Assembly (NCBI GenBank): GCA_900541345.1
Contig: UQJE01000003.1
Span: 10,533 to 74,532, forward strand
Source: an uncultured Blautia sp.
GTDB lineage: Bacteria; Bacillota; Clostridia; Lachnospirales; Lachnospiraceae
DNA length: 64,000 bases
Direction: 5' to 3'
In this document: in pieces, positions 9,938 through 17,920 of the stretch
Position numbering within the stretch: the stretch's first letter is position 1
How the letters are laid out: the number at the start of each line of letters is the position of its first letter
Notes under the pieces: generated by a model
Seen by the model: only the letters and a program-made list of their open reading frames with translations
What the model was told of the DNA's origin: nothing
Database searches by the model: none
Made by a program: the position numbers and the translations under genes

Positions 9938-10891
9938 ATGACTTTAAATGAAAGAGCAGAATTAATCGTACATGATATAAAAATGGAAACAGAAACGAAT
10001 CCTATTCGCATTTTTAAGAATATTGCAAAAAAAGAATATATCAGTATTCATGGACCGGAACATCATATCCTGGATGGAGCCTGTTTGCTTGCAGCTTATA
10101 GAAATGCAGGCGGTGATATAGATTTGGATACTGCTTTGGAACAGTTAAAAAAAGAAGGATTAAAAATGCCGGGGGCAATGTGCGGTCTATGGGGAGTATG
10201 CGGTGCAGTTACTTCAATAGGTGCTGCTCTGGCGATTATAGATGGGACAGGACCACTATCTGCAGACGGAACCTGGGGGAATCATATGAAGTTTACTTCA
10301 GCTGCGATTAAAGAGCTGGGAAAAATAAATGGTCCAAGATGCTGTAAAAGAGATGCTATGGTTGGATTACAGTATGGGATAGAATATGTGAATGCAAATT
10401 ACGGTGTTACTTTGGAGAAAGAAGAGATTAAGTGCACATATTCTGATTCAAATGCACAGTGTATTAAAGAAAAATGTCCTTATTATAATAAGAAACCAAA
10501 AGTTGCATTTATATGTGTCCATAATTCCTGCCGAAGCCAGATTGCAGAATGCCTGGGAAGACATTTTGCATCAGACGTATTTGAGAGTTATTCAGCGGGA
10601 ACAGAAACAAAACCACAAATAAATCAGGATGCAGTTCGTATTATGAAAGAATTATATGGGATTGATATGGAAAAGAATCAGTATTCCAAGAGGATGAATG
10701 AAATACCGGATCCTGATATTGCAATTTCTATGGGCTGTAATGTGAACTGCCCTTTTATAGGCAGAGAATTTGATGATAATTGGGGCTTGGAAGATCCAAC
10801 CGGAAGATCAGATGATGATTTTAAATTGATAATACAGGAAATAGAAGAAAAAATATTTGAACTTAAAAATGTAATCAGTAAAAAATTTTAA
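9938..10891 (+). CDS. Fusion of a Cys-rich DUF5714-like domain and an LMW-PTP-type arsenate reductase (ArsC)
   Basis: N-half GPEHH, MCGLWGVCGA, GPRCCKR, C..CPY; C-half KVAFICVHNSCRSQ (CX5R), MGCNVNCP, WGLEDP. Confidence 0.75.
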   Translation: MTLNERAELIVHDIKMETETNPIRIFKNIAKKEYISIHGPEHHILDGACLLAAYRNAGGDIDLDTALEQLKKEGLKMPGAMCGLWGVCGAVTSIGAALAIIDGTGPLSADGTWGNHMKFTSAAIKELGKINGPRCCKRDAMVGLQYGIEYVNANYGVTLEKEEIKCTYSDSNAQCIKEKCPYYNKKPKVAFICVHNSCRSQIAECLGRHFASDVFESYSAGTETKPQINQDAVRIMKELYGIDMEKNQYSKRMNEIPDPDIAISMGCNVNCPFIGREFDDNWGLEDPTGRSDDDFKLIIQEIEEKIFELKNVISKKF

Positions 10892-10897
10892 TGTATG

Positions 10898-10938
10898 AAG
10901 CTGCCGTTTTACGAAAAATAGGTGTAAAACAGCAGCTT
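10898..10938. terminator. Hairpin terminator between convergent genes
   Basis: aagctgccgttttac ... gtaaaacagcagctt. Confidence 0.6.
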
Positions 10939-10961
10939 GAATTATCTTAAAATATAAAAAT

Positions 10962-12263
10962 TTACCGGGCGGTTTTTCTGTATATAATAAATGCCATAAT
11001 GGCGACGGATGCTTCCGTGAGCGGATAAGAACACCAGACACCCGTAAGTCCGAATATGGCAGAAAGAAGAAATGCCATAGGAATCAGGATAAGAATTCCC
11101 CTTGATACAGAAATAATCTGTGCTGGTCGAGGATGCTCAGTGGAAATCAGGTACGTAGCTGTTACAAGATTAAAACCGATAAACGGACAGGCCAGGAAAT
11201 ATAAGCGAATTCCCGGAATCGCAAGTGCCTGAAGGAGCATATCTTTTTCGCTGTTAAATACCAGCGCAATAGGATCAGCGCCGAAAAACAGAATAGAATA
11301 AAGAACAACAGATAAAAGAAGAGCGGTAGTCAAAGCATAAGTTCTTATAGTGTTTACGTTTTCCTTGTTTCCGGCTCCATGATTTAAACTGAGGATAGGC
11401 TGTATCCCCTGGGATAATCCGGTGTAAATAGCAATTACTACGAGAGATATTACAGAGACAATACCGAAGGCTGCAACTCCTGTATTTCCATTTAAACGCA
11501 GTATGATAAAATTAAATAAAAACATAACAACACCGGAAGAGACTTCTGTTACAAGAGGGGGAATTCCATTGGAAACAATATTGCTCACTCTTTGCAAAGA
11601 AAATTTCCGTATAAAATGAAAGTGATTTTTGCCTTTTAGGAAATAAGGAGATAGTACAATAATACTGATAAGCGGGGAAAGTCCGGTAGCAAAGATGGAA
11701 CCGAAAATTCCCATACCAAGTGGAAAAATAAAAATATAATCCAAAATTACATTAGATATACTACCTGTTATCATAGCCGCCATAGAAAGAGCCGGATTTC
11801 CATCATTTCGTACAAAACATTGAAGAAGATTGTTTGTAAAAAATGCCGGGGCAAAAAGAAGCATCACTTTTAAATAGGTATTCGTCAAGGCAAACATGGT
11901 ATCGTCAGCGCCCAGAATACGAACAAGAGATTCCGATAAAAAAACTCCAACAAAAAAGAACAAAGCAGAGGCAGTGAAAGTCAGGTATGCGGCATTTGTA
12001 AAAATCTGGTTTGCACGTTGTGTTTCCCTGCGGCTTCTGGCCAGTGAGTAACAGGTGCCGCCGCCCATACCGATCATCAATCCGATTCCATTCATTAAAC
12101 AGAACATGGGAAAAGCAAGATTCAGAGCAGTAAGCCCCTTGGTCCCCAAATCAGCAGAAACAAAAAAAGTATCGGCCATTGTGTAACAGGAATAACCTAT
12201 TTGACCAAGAATATTAAGAAAAACATATTTAAAAAAATCGCAAAAAATCCGGTTATTTTTCAT
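10962..12263 (-). CDS. MATE family efflux transporter (MepA-like)
   Basis: YTMADTFFV, FVRNDGNP, NVILDYIFIFP.GMG. Confidence 0.92.
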   Translation of the reverse strand: MKNNRIFCDFFKYVFLNILGQIGYSCYTMADTFFVSADLGTKGLTALNLAFPMFCLMNGIGLMIGMGGGTCYSLARSRRETQRANQIFTNAAYLTFTASALFFFVGVFLSESLVRILGADDTMFALTNTYLKVMLLFAPAFFTNNLLQCFVRNDGNPALSMAAMITGSISNVILDYIFIFPLGMGIFGSIFATGLSPLISIIVLSPYFLKGKNHFHFIRKFSLQRVSNIVSNGIPPLVTEVSSGVVMFLFNFIILRLNGNTGVAAFGIVSVISLVVIAIYTGLSQGIQPILSLNHGAGNKENVNTIRTYALTTALLLSVVLYSILFFGADPIALVFNSEKDMLLQALAIPGIRLYFLACPFIGFNLVTATYLISTEHPRPAQIISVSRGILILIPMAFLLSAIFGLTGVWCSYPLTEASVAIMAFIIYRKTAR

Positions 12264-12290
12264 AAATCCTCCTTATTCTCATTTTATATT

Positions 12291-12385
12291 AAAAAATAAA
12301 AACGCTCCTGCACACAATAGCCTTTGTGTACGGGAGCGTTTCAAACCGATGAGGGTATCATAACACACATAGATGGATAATGCAA
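12291..12385 (-). promoter_or_regulatory. SigA promoter plus leader intrinsic terminator (attenuator candidate) upstream of MATE
   Basis: TTGCAT-17-TATGAT on the minus strand (12385-12357), then an 18-bp hairpin 12300-12341 followed by a U-rich tract before the RBS. Confidence 0.65.
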
Positions 12386-12495
12386 TAAAGAAAAAGTGAA
12401 TGGACATAGAGTGATTTTTGCGTATTGTCAAAAAAGAAATAGAGTGCTATTATGGGAGAAATAAAAGAGATATTGAAGAAAGGGGAGAAAGGCAT

Positions 12496-13173
12496 ATGAA
12501 ACTGATTATCGATGATGCACATATCGATTTGATTAAAGAAATTTATGAGTTTTATCCTGTAGAAGGAGTAACTACAAATCCTTCTATTCTGGCGAAGAGT
12601 GGAAGAAGTCCATATGAGGTTTTAAAAGAAATCCGGGAATTTATAGGGGCGGAAGGAGAACTTCATGTGCAGGCAGTTTCAAGAGATGCGGAGGGGATGG
12701 TACAGGAGGCTCATCGCATTACCGAGGAACTGGGAAAGAATACGTTTGTAAAGATACCGGCTGTGAGAGAAGGCTTTAAGGCAATGAAACAGCTTCATAA
12801 AGAAGGCATTCTTATTACTGCAACGGCCATATATACACCTATGCAGGCATTTTTAGCAGCACAATGCGGCGCTTCCTATGCGGCTCCGTATATTAACCGT
12901 ATTGATAATATGGGATTTAATGGCATTCAGGTAACAAAAGAGATTCAGGATATTTTTGAAAATAATAATCTCAGTACAAAAGTTTTAGCTGCAAGTTTTA
13001 AAAATTCTCAGCAGGTTCTGGAGCTTTGCGAATATGGAATCGGAGCAGCTACGATTGCACCGGATGTAATTGAAGGTCTTGTGAAAAATCAGGCAATTAC
13101 AGCAGCAGTAGAAGACTTTATTAAGGATTTTGAGGGACTTACCGGCGCTGGAAAAAATATGACAAACTGTTAA
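12496..13173 (+). CDS. fsa: Fructose-6-phosphate aldolase / transaldolase family protein
   Basis: GVTTNPSI, FVKIP (Schiff-base Lys), YAAPYINR, VLAASFK. Confidence 0.88.
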   Translation: MKLIIDDAHIDLIKEIYEFYPVEGVTTNPSILAKSGRSPYEVLKEIREFIGAEGELHVQAVSRDAEGMVQEAHRITEELGKNTFVKIPAVREGFKAMKQLHKEGILITATAIYTPMQAFLAAQCGASYAAPYINRIDNMGFNGIQVTKEIQDIFENNNLSTKVLAASFKNSQQVLELCEYGIGAATIAPDVIEGLVKNQAITAAVEDFIKDFEGLTGAGKNMTNC

Positions 13174-13195
13174 GCTATCAAAATGTATATATAAC

Positions 13196-13243
13196 AAAAA
13201 GAGTACAGATTTTTCTGACAGGGAGAATTTGTACTCTTTTTTT
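13196..13243 (+). terminator. Intrinsic terminator after fsa
   Basis: aaaaagagtacagat ... atttgtactctttttttt. Confidence 0.8.
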
Positions 13244-13267
13244 TGTTCGGCATAATAAAATTACTTC

Positions 13268-13323
13268 TTGTCAAACCTACCTTATATATGGTATCTTATT
13301 GAGGTATGTCAACAATTTAACGA
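13268..13323 (+). promoter_or_regulatory. Promoter of rnf-like operon with a candidate Rex operator
   Basis: TTGTCA-18-TATCTT with extended TG; ATGTCAA-CAAT-TTAACGA (13306-13323) matches TTGTTAA-N4-TTAACAA at 11 of 14 positions. Confidence 0.45.
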
Positions 13324-13380
13324 ACAGACATGGCAAAATCTCTGTGATTTTGCTGTGGGAAAAAATGGAGGAAAACAGAC

Positions 13381-14754
13381 ATGCTGAAAAAAATAAAACA
13401 TGCTTTCCCCGGAGGCGTACATCCCACAGATGGGTATGATAAGGCAATGACCATGAATCTGCCTGTTCGTGTTTACTGGCCGGAGACAGTGACAATCTTG
13501 TCGGAGCAGTCTTTCGGCGGAAAATGCAGCTTTCTTGTAAAACCTGGAGACCAGGTGAGAGAAGGGCAGGAGATAGGACGTCCGGAAGCGTTTATGGCAG
13601 CGCCTCTTCACGCAAGCGTAAGCGGAAGAGTTATGGACATTCGGGAAGTGCAGAACCAGGGAAGAAATCTTTTATCCTGTATCATTAAAAGAGAGGGACC
13701 GGAAAGGAAAGAAGAGCATTCTTATCTGAAAGGTCTTGAGAGCCTTGAAAAATATACCAGGGAAGAACTGATCGCCATGATTCGCGACGGTGGTCTGACG
13801 GGAATGGGAGGCGCAGGTTTCCCCACTCATAAAAAATATGAGACAAATAAAAAAATTGATGCTCTGCTGATTAATGCGGCGGAGTGTGAGCCGTTTCTCA
13901 CATGTGATTATCGCTTGATGATGGAGCAGAGTTTTGCCGTAATTAATGGTGTACGTGTTCTGTTAGAAGCATCCGGAGCAGATAAAGCATATATCTGTAT
14001 GGAAGATAATAAGCCGGAAGCAGAGAAGCTTCTTCAGAAGATTCTGGAGGAAGGAAAACAGCAGATAAAGGGAGAAAATCCTGTGGAGCTTAAAATCCTT
14101 CCGACGCAGTATCCTCAGGGAGGAGAGAGACAGCTGATACAGGCTGTATTGAACAGAGAGGTACCGATGGGTGGACTTCCAGCAGACGTGGGAGTAATCG
14201 TTTCTAATGTAGGAACTGCAAAGGCAGCAGCAGATATGACGTTTGCCGGTATTCCACTGACAAGAAGGATTGTAACGGTGACAGGATCTGTAAAAAATCC
14301 GGGAAATTATCTTGTTCCTGTTGGAACTTCAGCAAAGGAGCTTTTAAATCTTGCTGGCGGTGTGACAGTAGAAAAAAATCGGATTATAGCAGGCGGGCCT
14401 ATGACCGGTCCTTGTGTGGCATCTGACTGGAATGGAAAAGAAGAGCTTTTTTATGTAACAAAAAATACATCGGGCATTCTTGTACTTCCAGATAACGAAT
14501 ATGAAGAATCTCCGTGTATTCGATGTGCGGGGTGTGAGAGTGTCTGCCCAGCAGGACTTGTACCATATCAGATAGAGTTTGCCTATTTAGAAGAGGATTA
14601 TGATTTATGTGAGGAGCTCTATGCCAGTGAATGTATTGCCTGTGGATGCTGTTCCTATATCTGCCCGGCAAAACGAGAGCTTTCTGTGCGTACGAGAATG
14701 GCGAGAGATATAGTAAAACAGCGTATGCGTGAAAGGGCGGTGAAAAAATCATGA
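13381..14754 (+). CDS. rnfC: Electron transport complex subunit RnfC (NADH/FMN-binding, 2x[4Fe-4S])
   Basis: FPGGVHP, GMGGAGFPTH, NAAECEPFLTCD, YPQGGE, CIRCAGCESVCP and CIACGCCSYICP. Confidence 0.92.
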   Translation: MLKKIKHAFPGGVHPTDGYDKAMTMNLPVRVYWPETVTILSEQSFGGKCSFLVKPGDQVREGQEIGRPEAFMAAPLHASVSGRVMDIREVQNQGRNLLSCIIKREGPERKEEHSYLKGLESLEKYTREELIAMIRDGGLTGMGGAGFPTHKKYETNKKIDALLINAAECEPFLTCDYRLMMEQSFAVINGVRVLLEASGADKAYICMEDNKPEAEKLLQKILEEGKQQIKGENPVELKILPTQYPQGGERQLIQAVLNREVPMGGLPADVGVIVSNVGTAKAAADMTFAGIPLTRRIVTVTGSVKNPGNYLVPVGTSAKELLNLAGGVTVEKNRIIAGGPMTGPCVASDWNGKEELFYVTKNTSGILVLPDNEYEESPCIRCAGCESVCPAGLVPYQIEFAYLEEDYDLCEELYASECIACGCCSYICPAKRELSVRTRMARDIVKQRMRERAVKKS

Positions 14755-15698
14755 GTAATGTAAGAGCGATAAACGGACCACATCTTCGTACAGAACGTAC
14801 TACACGACAGGTAATGATGTATGTGACACTATCTCTGATTCCGGCACTATTAGGCGCTGTGTATTTTTTTGGACTTCGCGCCCTTTACCTGGCAGGCCTT
14901 TCTGTTACAATCTGTGTAATCACAGAATATATCTGGCAGAAGATTACAAAGAAACAGGTGACAGCAGGTGACTTCAGCGCTGTAGTAACCGGTCTTTTGA
15001 TTGTTTTCAATATGCCGGTTACAGTTCCTGTGTGGGCACTTGCAGCAGCAGATGTATTTGCCATTCTGTTTGTAAAGCAGATGTTCGGCGGAATTGGAAA
15101 TAACTTTGTAAATCCTGCACTTATGGGAAGACTCCTTATCATGGTTGTGTGGCCGCAGGCAGTAATGCAGTATGTAGTGCCGAATACAATAAATCCGGAT
15201 GCAGTTTCCGGTGCGACTGTGCTTGGAACAGTAAAAGGCGGTGCAGAAGCAGGATATAGTTACCTGCAGATGTTTTTAGGAGAGACACCTGGAGCGATGG
15301 GTGAAACAAGTACACTTCTTTTACTGGTAGGATTTGTTTTCCTGTGCTATATGGGAATTGTAAATGCAGAGGCAGCTGTCACTTATATTTTTACAGTTGT
15401 ACTTCTTACATTTGTATTTGGCCCGGAAGGATTGTTTACAGGAGATATTTTACTAAATCTTTTCGGAGGCGGACTTGTCATGGGCGGTTGTTATATGTTG
15501 ACTGACTACGCTTTTGCTTCCAGAAAAGGGAAACTTTTATATGCAGCAACAGCAGGAGTGATCACTGCGGCTATTCGAATATTCAGCAATTATCCGGAGG
15601 GTATTTGTTTTGGTATTTTAACAGCAAACTGCATGGCAGGTCTTCTGTCCATGATTTATAAGAAACATGTATATGGTGTAAAAAGAAAAGAAGCATAA
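14751..15698 (+). CDS. rnfD: Electron transport complex subunit RnfD (flavinylated membrane subunit)
   Basis: PHLR, KQMFGGIGNNFVNPA, DAVSGAT flavinylation motif (15207-15218), GAMGETS, MLTD, YPEG. Confidence 0.92.
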   Translation: MSNVRAINGPHLRTERTTRQVMMYVTLSLIPALLGAVYFFGLRALYLAGLSVTICVITEYIWQKITKKQVTAGDFSAVVTGLLIVFNMPVTVPVWALAAADVFAILFVKQMFGGIGNNFVNPALMGRLLIMVVWPQAVMQYVVPNTINPDAVSGATVLGTVKGGAEAGYSYLQMFLGETPGAMGETSTLLLLVGFVFLCYMGIVNAEAAVTYIFTVVLLTFVFGPEGLFTGDILLNLFGGGLVMGGCYMLTDYAFASRKGKLLYAATAGVITAAIRIFSNYPEGICFGILTANCMAGLLSMIYKKHVYGVKRKEA

Positions 15699-15711
15699 TA
15701 AGGAGAGCAAA

Positions 15712-17064
15712 ATGAAGAATAAAAATGTAAGAGGAATTCTTGCGCTGGTTGTTGTCACTGCCCTTTCTTTTGGGGTGATTGCAGGCTCCAGAGCGCTGGC
15801 AATTGATACAGGAAGTACTTCACAGGAAGACAGCGGAGAAGTAAAAGAAGAGTTTGATGTAAGCGGCGCTGAGAATATTGAAAAAGCGGCTGCAACAGAG
15901 GACGGATATGTAGTTACTGTAAAAGAAAAAGGTTATGGCGGAGATATTTTAATGGATGTTTCCTTTGAGGCAGACGGAGAAACAATCTCATCTGTTTCTG
16001 TTACAGAACACACTGAGACAGAAGGCCTTGGAGCCAGAATTGCAGAAGAAGAGTTTACAGGACAGTTTGTAGGAATGAAGGCCCCTGTATATCTTCCAGG
16101 GATGAGCGGAGGAGAAGAAGCGGCTCCCGCAGAGAAAAAAGCATCAGAAGGCGCAAAGGAATTAGAAAGCGCAGTATTACAGGACGGCACATATGAGGCA
16201 AAGGGAGAAACGGATGACAACGGATTTGCTGACCAGGTTACTATGACGGTAAAAAATGGAAAGATTACGGAAGTAAACTGGGATGCTATCGGAGAGGATG
16301 GAAGCAAGAAGAGTGTCATGTCTGAAAGTGGGGAATACACAATGACAGAAGATGGTCCTACATGGGCAGAGCAGGCGAAGGCACTTGCAGAGGCTCTTGT
16401 GGAAAATCAGAATCTTACTTTCCTTACAATGGATGAGCAGGGCAAGACAGACGCAGTGTCCGGAGTGAGCATTTCCGTAGGTGGTTTTGCATCTCTTGCA
16501 GAACAGTGTATGAAAGAAGCAGCAGGAATGGAAGAGAAAGAGCTCGTATTACAGGACGGCACATATGAGGCAAAGGGAGAAACGGATGACAACGGATTTG
16601 CTGACCAGGTTACTATGACGGTAAAAAATGGAAAGATTACGGAAGTAAACTGGGATGCTATCGGAGAGGATGGAAGCAAGAAGAGTGTCATGTCTGAAAG
16701 TGGGGAATACACAATGACAGAAGATGGTCCTACATGGGCAGAGCAGGCGAAGGCACTTGCAGAGGCTCTTGTGGAAAATCAGAATCTTACTTTCCTTACA
16801 ATGGATGAGCAGGGCAAGACAGACGCAGTATCCGGAGTGAGCATTTCTGTAGGCGGTTTTGTATCTCTGGCAGAGAAGTGTCTCAATGAAGCAGCCGGTG
16901 TGGAGACGGAAGAACCGACAGAAGAACCGGCAGGAGAGACAAATACAGAGAGCGAAGAAGTGGAAAGCGGTGAGGTTCAGGCTGTGTCCGGTGCAACTAT
17001 TTCTTCTACTGCTGCAGTAACAGGTATTAATGAGGCATATGAATTTTTGCAGACAGTAAAATAA
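15712..17064 (+). CDS. rnfG: RnfG-like membrane-anchored protein with three FMN-binding domains (two nested inside the RnfG domain)
   Basis: N-terminal TM; KGYGGDI...HTETEGLG...FTGQF (RnfG N-part); two 124-aa repeats ending DAVSGVS; C-terminal QAVSGATISS (RnfG C-part). Confidence 0.8.
   Translation: MKNKNVRGILALVVVTALSFGVIAGSRALAIDTGSTSQEDSGEVKEEFDVSGAENIEKAAATEDGYVVTVKEKGYGGDILMDVSFEADGETISSVSVTEHTETEGLGARIAEEEFTGQFVGMKAPVYLPGMSGGEEAAPAEKKASEGAKELESAVLQDGTYEAKGETDDNGFADQVTMTVKNGKITEVNWDAIGEDGSKKSVMSESGEYTMTEDGPTWAEQAKALAEALVENQNLTFLTMDEQGKTDAVSGVSISVGGFASLAEQCMKEAAGMEEKELVLQDGTYEAKGETDDNGFADQVTMTVKNGKITEVNWDAIGEDGSKKSVMSESGEYTMTEDGPTWAEQAKALAEALVENQNLTFLTMDEQGKTDAVSGVSISVGGFVSLAEKCLNEAAGVETEEPTEEPAGETNTESEEVESGEVQAVSGATISSTAAVTGINEAYEFLQTVK
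16174..16901 (+). repeat. Tandem 372-bp intragenic duplication (FMN-binding domain)
   Basis: 16174-16457 is identical to 16546-16829 (284 bp); similarity continues with scattered differences. Confidence 0.95.
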
Positions 17065-17083
17065 AGAAAGCGGAGGATTTGGT

Positions 17084-17851
17084 ATGAAATTAAAATATCC
17101 GGCAGAAGCCTTCGCCCTTGGAATAATTCTGTTTTCCGCCGGGATGAAGGAGGCCTTTAGTGCCGGGATTCTGATTATTCTGGCAGTGGTATTCGGAGAA
17201 TTCCTGAAAAATCTTTTAAAGCCGATTGTTCCGATGTGGAGCTTAAAAGCATGTGTACTGATTGGAACGGGTTCTGTCAGCGCAAGCGCATTCCTTCTCG
17301 GATTTTCCGCCCTTGGAATTGCTGTGGATACAAAGACATGGGTGATTACTTTTGTGATTGGACTTCTGGCTGCCCGTCATGTTCTGAAAGAGGAGATTGA
17401 GGGAGAATATGGTGATTTATTCTGGGAATGTGCCATTATCTGGGGATTCTGGATTTTGCTGGCAGCAGTGAGAGAATTCTGTGCAGGAGGAAGTATTTTT
17501 GGATATACTCTTCTGGAGGCTGAATTCCAGTCAAAGAAGTTCCTTGATATGACATTTGGATTTATCTGTGCAGGACTTTCCCTTGCATTTACAAATGGCG
17601 TTCTGAAAAAAAGAAGTACAGGAGCAGACGGTATTTTTGCTGTTGTTCCGGCAGTGCTTTTTTCACAGCCGTTTGTGATGGCAAGCTTTGGAGAAACCAT
17701 AGGATTTATCTGGTCAGTATTTGTACCTGTTGTTCTTTTTATTTCCGTAAAAAAGACGCTTCGGTTTGCGAGAACAGGAAAAGCTTACAGAGGGCTTCCG
17801 GTAGAAATGCTGGCAATGGGATTCATTTATATGATTCTCAGTATTTATTAA
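17084..17851 (+). CDS. Divergent Rnf-Nqr membrane subunit: RnfE-like N-part fused to an RnfA-like C-terminus
   Basis: GFWILLAAVREFCAGGSIFG and GFICAGLSLAFTN resemble RnfE; SVKKTLRFARTGKAYRGLPVEMLAMG resembles the RnfA end; occupies the rnfE slot after rnfG. Confidence 0.7.
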   Translation: MKLKYPAEAFALGIILFSAGMKEAFSAGILIILAVVFGEFLKNLLKPIVPMWSLKACVLIGTGSVSASAFLLGFSALGIAVDTKTWVITFVIGLLAARHVLKEEIEGEYGDLFWECAIIWGFWILLAAVREFCAGGSIFGYTLLEAEFQSKKFLDMTFGFICAGLSLAFTNGVLKKRSTGADGIFAVVPAVLFSQPFVMASFGETIGFIWSVFVPVVLFISVKKTLRFARTGKAYRGLPVEMLAMGFIYMILSIY

Positions 17852-17871
17852 AATAGAGTTTTTCTTTTAAT

Positions 17872-17914
17872 AAAAAAGGAAGTATGTTCCGGATGGAGCT
17901 CATACTTCCTTTTT
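17872..17914. terminator. Bidirectional terminator between the rnf-like operon and apbE
   Basis: aaaaaggaagtatg ... catacttccttttt. Confidence 0.85.
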
Positions 17915-17920
17915 GTGTTT

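Noticed and set aside
16174..16901. Long direct repeat as a CRISPR array, IS end or DGR template/variable pair
   Set aside because: It is an in-frame domain duplication with no spacers, transposase or reverse transcriptase, and the differences are not adenine-specific
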